Assembly: GCA_964016885.1 (NCBI GenBank)
Contig: OZ024740.1
Coordinates: 405,790,001 to 405,854,000 of the forward strand
Origin: Eledone cirrhosa
Taxonomy: Eukaryota
Length of the DNA stretch: 64,000 nucleotides
Direction: 5' to 3'
Positions 39,001-51,000 of the stretch are shown in pieces. Position 1 is the stretch's first letter, and every line of letters starts with the position of its first letter. The notes beneath the pieces were generated by a model. That model had not been told where the DNA came from, ran no database searches, and was given only the letters and a program-made list of their open reading frames with translations. Both the position numbers and the translations under genes were made by a program.

Positions 39001-42000
39001 GATTCATCCTGACAAGAATATTTTGATTTAAAAGGTGGAAGAAGTTTTCAGGCTAAGTCTATGAGAGAACTTGTAGTGATAAAGAGGCAGCATTTGTGAA
39101 TATTTTCCTGCAGATGTGCTACTTATAGATCCATCTTGGTTAAGTACAGAATGGGAAGATTATTGTCAAACTATAAGAAAATCCAGCTGCAGTTTGAAAG
39201 ATGTCAAATTCTTTTCTGATGCTAAGGGCTGCAACTTTTTTTTCACCAAAACTCTCAAAAGCCAAAAACTGGGTGTGTGATGTTAAGAAGCAGATTTCTG
39301 CCGAATTTGGTTCAATAAATGAAGAGACTTTCCAGATCTAGTGTATCTTCATAGTTCAATGTAAAATGGAAGGATGTGATTTGACAGCTATTTCTAAGAA
39401 GGGGCGCCATTGTAAAGAGGATGATTGTCTACACCTTTTAAATATGAGAAGAAAACTTAGTTGATAGGAATGATAGGTTGCTTTGGTAGTCTGATATGAT
39501 GCTACAAGGTTCTTAACTTTACATACAAGAACTTAGTGAAAATCTGATTTAACCTAGAAGCATAATCAGAACTAGTGAAAGAAGTTTTGGAAGCTAAGTC
39601 TATGAGAACTTGTGTATACAGAGTGGAAATAAATGGAAGCAGCAGCATTTGTAGATATTTCCCTGCAGAGGTGCTACTTCATCATCATCGTGGGTGAATA
39701 TTAACTAGCTGGTACAACATTCCTCCAGCTACTGTATATTGTCATTTGCCCTTTCTACTGCAGTATAGTTGTGTATAGACAACTTTAGGCTGATGGATTG
39801 CAAACAGCTCAGCTGTAGAGGGACATTATTCATGAGATAGTTTTTACCCCAGTCATATATACCAGTGCGTGTGTGTATGAAGCAGAGGTTATTTTGTAAT
39901 GTTAAATATATTACCATAAATAACAATCCTATCGGTTTGGAAGTAAATTTCTTCATGTCACTAATGTCTTTGATAAAATCTGAAGGATCAGGACTTCCTG
40001 TCTAAGACTTCAAGCTTGTATAAAATATTATTATAGTTACTTAGCACCATTTCTGTATCCAACTATGAACAAATTTGGTTCCTTTGCTTTTATTCAGTAG
40101 TTTAGCCTCCAGATTGAGCAGACTTGTTAGCAAAGGCATTCCAGCTGGAACCATCCTCACTTTCCAAATCTTGTGTGTCTACATTATCCAATATAAAATA
40201 GGCTGTAATTTGAGAGAGATTTGACTGCTATTTCTAGAAGGTGGTGTAACTAAAATATTCCTTGTTGGTTCATTTTCATCCAGTTTGAATGTTAAACTGT
40301 TCTGGTATCTCAAACTGCTGAATATAAAAAGTTTCATTTATTTAAACATTTTTTTTCTTTTTATTCATCTTTATTATGCCATTTGAATATATGCAGATCA
40401 AGTTGTATATTATTTGAAAATCAAAACCAGAAAAAAAAAAGTTCAATAGAAATATTTTCACAGACTTAGGTTCATTACAACAGAAATTTAAGGAATGCAG
40501 TGGTAGAGTATTAGCTAAAATTCTTTAGTTTTATATTCATTCCTGTTCTGAGATAAATTTACCTTTGATTCTTGTCATCAGCATACTCATTTAACTTCCA
40601 TCTTACTAGCAAGAGTTGGATGGGTCTTCATAGACCAAGTCTGAAACACAGCAACTCACCTTTTGAATATATATGCCAGTAATGTCATGTGCGAAAAGAC
40701 AAATACTCAGACACACACCTATCATCATCATCATCATCACCTATATACATACATACATGCTTTATACAGTTTCTTCTACTAATTTCACTCAAAGCTTGAA
40801 TCTAGTGAAAGATAAGGTATCGTGCAATGGTATAAAACCTGAGACAGTGGTTGTGAATCAAACTTCTTAACCACTCAGCTATACATAGAAGTAAGGAATG
40901 TACTATAATCTTTATAACTGTTTTTTATGTAATTTGTCAGTACACTCTGTAAAGTGGTTGGTGATAGGAAGAAAACATACCAAAAGGTCAGGAGGACATA
41001 CCAACATCTGATAAAGGCACTCAGTAGAGCATTGGATTATATGTAAGTGAAATGTAGGCTCCCAGCCCATCTGAGAGGTCAGTTGCCTTGCTTGAGTACT
41101 GACTGGGCTATGAAGATCTGTCAAATACTGCTAGCAAGGAAAATGGACATTAAATGATGACGTGAAAAGTAATTCAGTCAACTAGAAATCATAGCTCTCC
41201 TGATTATTGGTTACTACTAGATCTACAGATATTCCATAAATGGACATAGTTGCTTCAAGTGGTTATCAAAATCTTGAAGATATGGCTTGCTTAGAACTTA
41301 CTCTTATATTGTTTTAAGAGATCTGTTTTGTTTGATTTGATTTTAGTTACAATTTTCAAAAAGTTTTTAGTTATCTTTAATTGGTGTGTGTATTATAATT
41401 TTCATTTTCTCTCTTTTTTCACTAGATCTGCTAAAAAAGCAAAATTGCTGAGCTCTTCAGTTACTAAAAAGTGTTTGCTCTTAGGAGCAGGTTATGTATC
41501 AACCCCTGTAGTTGAATATTTAACGCGAGACAAAAATTACCACATGACAGTAGGTAAGATCATTTTTACTTGGATTCTTTTGTTACCAAACTGCAACTGG
41601 TTCTGTGATATTTTGTTTTAAACTTTAATATTTTATTTCTGATCTCTTCTGTGCAGCTTCACAACTGAAGGATGACTTAGATGTAATATCAAAAATTAGT
41701 CCTGGTACTGACTGTGTTATTCTAGATATCAATCGGAACAAAGAAGAATTGGAAAACCTTGTACAAGAACATGATGTAGTCATTAGGTAAGATTTCTGAA
41801 GTTTCTTCACTAGCAGCATCCCTTCTCTATACTATTACTACCACAAACCAATGAGAGAGAGCCTCTTTATGGTTATTCTATTGGCTAGAAATAACTAAAT
41901 TTCCCTCATCAAAATATTGGATAAAGTGGTCCTAGATACACTATGTCTGAAAAAAAAAGATGGTCAGGATATTTGCATGGACAGCTCACTTTTTTAAAGG

Positions 42001-45000
42001 CTTTAATCTGAAAAGGACAAGCAATGCCCATAACAATTTCCAGAGCCTCCATGACTGCTGACAAGATACAGTATTTGTTCTGGCTCTTTGCATTCTGAGT
42101 ACTTCAGTGTTTGATTTTCACCCTATTTAACACCAGCCCTGGTCCTGGAGTGCTTTTAGCAGAGCTAACTCTGTTGCTAGCATTGAAGTCAGGTCTCCAG
42201 TTTGAAGATAACTTCCTCCCTTCCACTAGTCTCTGAGGCATGGAAAAAATAACGGGTCATGGAAGATGCCCTTTTCCTTTTCTTCCAGTAAAAAAAAATG
42301 CACTTAATATTACAGAAAATGGAAATAAGCACTTGCCTAGTGAATCATATCAGACCATAAAAAATAGTAATAATAAAGGTTTCTAATTTAAGTACAATGC
42401 CTGCAATCTGGTGTGATGGGAAAGTCAATTATATCGATCCCAGTATTTGATTAAAATCAGTAAAAGGAAAACATAACAATAGAGCTAGAAGTAATACACA
42501 TAGACATTCAAGCTAGCTCCCAGTTTATCATAAAAACACGAAAAAATTAACCACAGTGATTTCATTCTAATCTAATTTTTCTTGAATATCTATGCTGGTG
42601 ATTTTGAATGTGTTTTTAATATCACACATACATATACAGTTATGTACATAAACATACTCTAACTTTCCTTCTCACATGCATTTTTACCTCATGCATGTAT
42701 ACTCTATGCCTCTGCCTCTCATTCATTTATATACTCATACACAATTGATTATATGTTTCTTATTTTCTTATTGCTTCAGTTTGCTACCTTATTCCTACCA
42801 TCCTGAAATTGCAAAGATGTGTATAACACATCAGAAGAATATGGTAACTGCAAGTTACGTGAGTCCAGCCATGAGGGAATTACATCATGCGTTAGTAGTA
42901 GTTAGAATTATTATTTTACTTTGTATTGTTCAAATATTACAGTTGGCAGGGAGTTATATTAATCCTTTTGATACTAACCCACACAAAACACCCTCTGGTT
43001 CTATGAAACAAAACCACCCATTTTAACTTTCTCATTACTATATTTCTAAGGAAAGACACTGTCTATAATTTACAAATAATTTTGAAAATACTCAAATATT
43101 TTAAGTGATTTAATAATATGACTGATTTTCTCATCATTAAGCTAATGTCTGAAGCATAGCTTAACAAAGTTCTAATATATAATTATGATGGATAAATGGG
43201 ACAGTGAGGGCCTACCCCATGCAGACCCAACTGAGCAAGAGAGAAGACTATGTTGGTATAGACTTGTGATGTATATGGAAGATAGCAGCGGCATAAAAAA
43301 TGCAAAGAAACTCCAGTGGCTGGGACTTGTGGAAGAGGAAGTCTTGGGACTAGGTTGTAAAGACAGACCTTAAAAAATTAAACCTCACAACAGAGATGAC
43401 AAAGGACTGCGAGGGCTGGCCGCTATATTGTGCTGGTGAAGACCCAACCAAGAGTATACAATGTGACCTGACTTATCCTTGCACCAGCACTTCCTAGCAG
43501 TTATCCCCAACATCACTACACAACCCCACTCCATCCATGCCACCTCCAGCATCACTCCTTAACTGCTGCCCCCTCCACTATAACTCCTTAGCTATTCTCT
43601 CCATCACTACACCCCCTTCCTGATGCTGGTGAGTGCCATCCCACCCTGCACTATTGTCCAAACTATTCACACCTCTCCACCTCATCCCTACCACCAAATC
43701 ACACCCTATGCTATTGAAAGTTTGTCAAATCACACCACACTTGCCATAACTTAATACATATCTCCCTTCTATCGCTAACACCCAACCCCCCTACTAAGCT
43801 GAGCGGGCTCTTCCGTTGGGACAAGGACAAACAACCCCTCTAGCAATGGTGCCATAAAAATGCACCCGGTACACCCAGTAAGTTGGTTGGCGACAGAAAG
43901 GGCACTTCTTCTTCTCCCCTCTTCTTGGCAGAATTAATCAATTATTGAAAAAATATGCTTTGCAGTTTTTGTTCAAGTTGAGTTCAAATCTTGTCAAGGG
44001 GTTGATATAATTGACTGTTCCCATCCCACCAAATTTCGAGCCTTATGCCTTATATAAGAAATTATCTCATTATGACAATCATCATTATTATTTATTATTT
44101 GCAGCATTTATTTTGGCTGTTTGCACTTTATTCTGATTTTAAATCAACTTTGCCTTTCAGTCTTTCGGGTTTGTAAAGATAAAGTGCCAGTCAATTACTG
44201 GGTTGATTTAATTGACTTTCCTCTCCCCCAAAGTTGCTGGCCAACCCTAACCCTAACAATTGCAGATGCTTCAGCATTCGGTAATCAAAAGAAGCCAAAC
44301 TCGCTATCTTCATTTCAGTATTCGTGCCAACCCTTATCTATGGTCATTAATCTTGAGTAATGACTAAAAGAATATAATTGCAAATACAAGCAGTCAAAAT
44401 GGGATTCTTCTGAGGGGGCTTCGGAGTAACATTACTCAATAGAGTGTGTAGCTTCAAGATCCTGCCAGTTCAGTTGCAAACAGTTGATTCTGACAGGACC
44501 TGCTGCTAGGAGCGTTTGAGGACTGACTCTACCCCACGACCCTCTCAGGAATAAGTGGGCGAAGAAGAAAATTACTTTGTCATGCAGTGTAGCTGGCAAA
44601 TGCACCAGAGTATTTAGTCATCTGTCATTTGGTATGGCTATGTCAATGATTTGACAGTATTTGTCTTGTTCAATACGACAATATCCGGTCGGCGATGCTC
44701 AATTATTCTATCAGTCAGAAAATCAAAATCCCACAATATCATTGCTTTCCCATCCTCCTGCATTACTTTACAAGGCATATACTCATACAAATTCCCTATT
44801 ATTTTGTGCTAGTATTTATACCTTTATAAATGTACATTTCAGTGCTGTAAATGCTGGCATCACCATTGTCAATGAAGTTGGAGTAGATCCCGGTATTGAT
44901 CACATGCTTGCTATGGAATGTTTTGATGAAGTTAAAACTGGGGGAGGAAAAGTAAGACTGACATTTTACTCCTAAACCTTCTTCCAAATATCATTGTCAT

Positions 45001-48000
45001 TTAACGTCTACTTTACCTGCTAGCAAGAGTTGGACAGGTTGCAGTGGACCTGGCTGGTACTCAAACAGAGGTACTGGCTGACCCCACAGATCGGCTGACA
45101 TATTGTATATTGCGTACATACCTTCCTGCACTCTACTTAATGCACAGGATTGTAAGTGAGACACAGGCTGGCAGCCTGTGTCTCACTTACAATCCCATCA
45201 ACTACTGAGTGCATTTTATCATGGCATCAGCACTAGGAAGGTTGTTATGTCTTTGACACAGTTGAAGTGTCCTCCTGATACTTTGTTTGGCAGATTTTCT
45301 ACAGCTAGGTACTCTTCCTATTAACAACCACTTTACAGAGTGTACTGGGTGCATTATCATGAAAATCACCAAAACTAGGGAGATTGTCATGCCCTTAACA
45401 CAATTGAAGAGACCCTTCTTTTGACATGGTTTCTACAGTAGGAGACCTTTCCTATCATCAACTCCCTTACAAGCTGTACTGGGTGCATTTTTCATGACAC
45501 CAGTACTAGAGAGGTTGTTGGTGATTGACTCGACTGAAGAGCCCTCTCTACCCTATTGAGGAAAGAAAAGCAATAAGTGTGATGTTATGGGTGTGTTACT
45601 AGTGTGTCAGCTTGACAGGCATTTCATTCAGTGGAGGCCAACTTTGCCTTTCAGCCTTTTGGGATTGATAAAAGTACCAGTCCAGAGTAGTTGATTGGCA
45701 GAATGGTTAGAACATCAAATAAGGTGCCATGTTCTGACTCTCTGGCCTCTTTTGCCCAGTTTTTTTCTCAATTCATTCATGCTTTACTGTTCTTGCATTA
45801 GACTAGTGAATGCAGAGGATTTGTGATGGCTAGATAGAAATGAAATGACCATGCTCTGATGGATGTGTAATTTAGTGTATATGAACAGTGAAGTTTAAAT
45901 GTGAGAAAGATTAGACTCAAAGAATCAGATGCAGTGTGGAGAAGAGAAGATTGCATTAATGGACACATGATATGTATAGATGATGATGGTTTGGTGAAGA
46001 AAAGCCAAGATACCCCCAATGGAAGGAAGCTGCAGTAGGCATGGGAAAAAGTGGTAAGAACTAATCTCAAAATGAATCTCACATGACTATAGGAAGGCTC
46101 TGCTGGAAAAAAAAAACATGTTTTTTGTATCTCAGTTCAATGCTACCACCTAGTCTTGGGTGTCTTTAGCAGAATCCACTTTGTTGCAAGATTTAGGGAA
46201 AGCTTCCTCGTTGACTAGAAATAAATATGTATAAATTTATGTGTGTGTGTAAATTTTTTATCACTGCTACAGTTTAATTTGGTTGTGTATAGAAGATGTT
46301 TTCTTGTTTTGTTTTACAGATTAATTCTTTTGTGTCTTGGTGTGGTGGTTTACCAGCTCCTGAATTCTCAGACTGTCCACTGCGCTACAAATTTAGGTAA
46401 GTTGGGATTATTTTTTTGTTTTTCAACCTAAGTAAATTGGTTTCTGGTAAATAGACAACCAAAGTTACATGTTGTTTAGCCCTAGGTCAATCTGGATTGA
46501 GTGGACCTTTGATCAAAAGCATTGATTAGACAAGTCTTCTCCAGTGCAGCACAGTTTTCCTCCGCTTTTTAGATGATGAGTATAGTTGATTAAAGTCACA
46601 AGAAGCACCCAGCACACACTGTAAATGTGGTTGACGTTAGGAAAGGCATCCAGCCCTAGAAACCAAGCTAAAATCAGTTCTGTGTGAGCGAATCACAGTC
46701 CCCCGACCTGATCTCTCACAAAGGGAGAGCCCGTCCTACCCATGCTAGCGTGGAAGATGGATGTTAAATGATGATGATGATGATGATGATGAGAGAAAGG
46801 ATAAGCACTGCCAAGTTTAAAAAATGCCCAAAACATGTATGCCACTATGATGCCCTTACGACTTTATCAGGAGTGATGATAGTTAATTGAATCAACTCAG
46901 TCAATTAACCCTTTTGATACAATCCCATCTGAAAGCACCATAGTTTTATTATACAAAATTGATTAGTTTTAAATGTTTATACTTAATATTAATACCATCC
47001 ATCATAATTTTATTAAATTCCCCCAAATATTTGATTATTTTCGAAATAAATTGATACAAACCCACATTGAATGGTTTCTACTTAGCACCCTTTATCCGAA
47101 TGCAAATACTAGAGCTTTTGTATAGGGACTTCAAGGCAACAAGAAGCTGTCCCTCGATCCCATACTCCTGCAGAAGCTTCCACAAGTTCAATGGAATGGG
47201 GCCCAGGAATAAGTGGACAAAGAAAAAGAATTGAAACACATAGGCAGTGTATTTCATTAGAAATGCAGTGACAAAAGGGTTAAATACACTTCTTTTCTCA
47301 GTTTTGAAATGCCTACATAGAGCTAGGTGAACTCAGACAGAGTGAAGTGTATTTGGTCATGGACATAAACCAGTGGTGATCACAACTGACAGTTCCAAAC
47401 TACATAATCAAACACTCTCACACATCTGTGTAATCAGATATATTTACCATGTATATGTAAGTCCTGATGGAGTTGGAGGGGCGCCGTCTTGAGCATTTAT
47501 TGAAACCTGGCAGCGCTTATCCCTTTCCAGATTTGAAGGCAACTGATTTCTTCTAGAGAAGGAGAGAATAAAGAAGTGAGAAAGATTTATAGAGAAAGAA
47601 TCAACCCCAGTACTGAACTGGTATGTTTTTATGGACTTTGAAAAGATGAAAGGTTAAGTTGACCTTGGTGAGATGATTTGAAAAAAGTTTAGAGAGCCAG
47701 AGTAAATGCCACAAAACATCCAACATTCTACTGACTCTGCCAATTCACTACCATCATCATCATCACCGTTTTACGTCCGTTCTTCCACGCTAGCATGGGT
47801 AAGACGGGTTGTCCTGTTGTGGGCAGTGTCTGGTCGGCTGACCATGTCTTGCTCAAACAGGAACTGATTCTGGCTTGATTTCTACAGCTGGATGCCCTTC
47901 TTAACACCAACCTCATTTACAGTGTGGGCTGGGTGCTTTTTTGCCGTGGCACCTCCACGACCACCTTGCAGTCGGAGGGTGTGGGGGCATATTGTCTATA

Positions 48001-51000
48001 TGCTTCAGCTTGTACTCATGGGAGGTCGGATACTCTGTATTACTGCGTGACGCCAGAGGTCACGGTCGTGTGTCATCGCCTTGGGGAGGTGTAATTGGGT
48101 AAGGTCGGCTTTTATCACCTCATCCCAGGTCATCTTGGGTCTCCCCACTTCGCGGTTTCCATCGACTTCTAGTGCTCTGCACCTTTTTATGCAGCTCTCA
48201 TCCTTCATACGCATCACATGTCCATACCAACGCAACCGCCTCTCCTGCACACAGCATTTGATTCCTCTTATGCTCAGTCTCTCTCTCAATTCATTTATGT
48301 TTTGTCGGTTGCGTATATTACTATTACACATCCATCGGAGCATGCAGGCTTCGTTTCTCTCTAATCTACGTAAGTCTTCCACCTTCAGCGCCCAGGTCTC
48401 ACTACCATGTAACATTGCTGTTCGGATACATGCATCATACAGTCTGCCTTTCATTTTGAGGGAGAAGCCTTTTGCAGCTAGCAGTGGCAGTAGTTCCCTG
48501 AACTTCTTCCATCCCGTTCTTACCCTAGTTATTGTACTTTCTGAACACCCACCTCCGCGGCTAATTCGCTCACCTAGGTAGCAGAAGCTGTCTACTGTCT
48601 CTACAGAGCCCTCCCAGAGATTGGTGTTACTTGTTTCCTGTGGCTGTTTGCTGCTTGCTGTCCTAGTACAGCTGCTGCATGTGAAGCCTACATTCTTAAT
48701 TAAGCTTCCTGAGATCCCGCTACATCTCTTGTGTACCTATTGTTTGCATTTGGGGCAGAGAATGGAGTTCCTACCTACACCTTTCCTACATACTGAGCAA
48801 GGCCATTTCCCTGAGGGGATCTGGGTTCTGTTTTCTCATCTACTTACAAGGACCTTAGTCTTTGTCATGTTGACTTTGAGACCCTTTCTTTCTAGTCCCT
48901 GCTTCCAAGTTTGGAATTTCTTCTCTAGTTCTACCATAGATTCAGCTATAAGTGCGAGGTCATCAGCATACAGGAGTTCCCATGGGCATCCGGTCTTAAA
49001 CTCCTCCGTTATTGCCTGCAGGACTATGATGAACAGGAGAGGGCTAAGCACAGAGCCCTGGTGGACACCAACCTGTACGCTAAATTCCTCGCTATACTCA
49101 TTGCTAATCCTAACTTTGCTGACTGCTCCCCCATACATGGCTTGTACAGCTTTCACAAGCCATTCATCTACTCCTAGTTTTCTAAGAGCCCACCAGATTA
49201 CAGCACGTGGAACTCTGTCAAAGGCTTTCTCGAGATCGATGAATGACAGGTAGAGTGGCTTACTTTTAGCTAGGTACTTTTCTTGTAACCGCCTCACAAG
49301 GAAGAGGGCATCAGTGGTGCCTCTTCCTGGTACAAACCCAAATTGCATCTCATCTAGTTTCACCCGGTCCCTAATCAACTGTGCTATAACTCTTTCTGCT
49401 ACTTTCATGACCTGGTCCATCAGATTTATACCTCTATAGTTTCCTCTATCGAGTGCATCACCTTTACCTTTGTAACAGTTGACAATGATGCTACTGCACC
49501 AATCTTTTGGTATGACACCTTCTAGTATTACCTGGTTAACAATACGTGTGGTTATAGTGTGACCTTCAGACCCAGATGCCTTCAGCATCTCGGCAGCTAT
49601 ACCCGATGGACCGGTTGCCTTCCCCATCTTCATACCTACCATGTATATGATTTATGTTAAAATAAAGTATCAGTCCAGGGTGGTGAATTGGTGAGATTGT
49701 TAGATTATCAGATGAGATTCCTTGCAGTATTTATTCTGCTTCTTTGCATTCTGAGTTCAATTATCATTGTGGCCTACATGGGTGGTAGACTTAATCTTTT
49801 GCCCAAGTTAACACCACCATTGGCCCTTGGATACCTTTATCTGAGTCCAATCTGTTGCAAGTATTTGGGCCAGGTCTCTAATTTTAGAGTATCTCCTTCC
49901 CTCCCACTACACTCACTGGTCTAAAAAATGTCATAGACACGGCTCTTCTATCTCTGATTAAACACACACACAAATTGATTCTTGAATTCATCTTTCAGTT
50001 GGTTTCCAAAAGGTGTTTTAATGAATCTGTTAGCTGGTGCAAAATATTTGGATGATGGCAAAGTAAGTGTTAACGTTTTTATTTTTTAATTAATTGTATA
50101 ACCTTTTGATCCTTGACACTTCCTCCTTCCACATGTTCCCTTTATCATCAAAGAACTCATGCTAAAGCAACAATCACTGATCCATAACAGTAGTAAAGAG
50201 AAGTGCACAGCAGAATGGTGTACTAGAATAACAGGCCAGTTGGTTCAAAGCATTAATAAATTTTATATTCTATTTAAACTTCTTCTTTGCCCACTTATTC
50301 CTCTTAGGAGGGTCATAAAGGCAAAGTCCTCAAACATGCTTTCCAGCAGGTCTTCTGGCTGGATCCCCAAGCAAGACCAGCCAAGCTCATGGATGTTATC
50401 TAACCATCTTCCTCAAGGTCTAATCTTAGGTCTCAACCTAGTAGGTTTTGCCTGTAAAAACTGTCCAGTGATTCTTTCCTTAGACATTCTAACCACATAT
50501 CCGTAGCATGGGAGCTGTGGTCTTTCAACTCAGAGTAGTGGCTCTACTTGGAGCGAACCCCTAATCTCCTAGCCACACACTCTTTTGAGTAACATTACTC
50601 AAAAGACCCTTCAGAGGAACCCCATTTTGGCCACTTGTATTTGCGATCATAGTCTTTCAGTCATTATCAAAGATTCATGACCATAGGTAAGGTTTGGCAC
50701 GAATACCGAATTGAAGATAGCGAGTTTGGCTTTTACACCTAGCTCCCTTCTTCTAATTAGCGAATGCTGAAGCTGGTCCATTACTGCACCAGCTCCTGCA
50801 ATTCTTGCACTTAATTCAGCCTCCTACCTTCCATTACCCATGAACACAGCCCCAGGACACTTGAACATCTCCACCTGCTTCAGTGGAGCTCCATTGATTG
50901 ACATGTAAAGTGCACTGCGCAGGCTTCCTTAAGAGGACAAATGATGTTTTTTGTTAACAAATGATGTATTTCTTAGATTTTTTGTATTTGATTTCCAAAC

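Noticed and set aside
30057-41425. Internal promoter for a monofunctional SDH in the largest complete intron (LKR/SDH boundary)
   Set aside because: No recognisable promoter or alternative first exon. The first in-frame ATG in the SDH exons lies after the GAGYVS motif.
48081-49253. Long + strand ORFs (166 and 210 aa)
   Set aside because: Antisense shadows of the RTE ORF. The same applies to most other short ORFs in the track.
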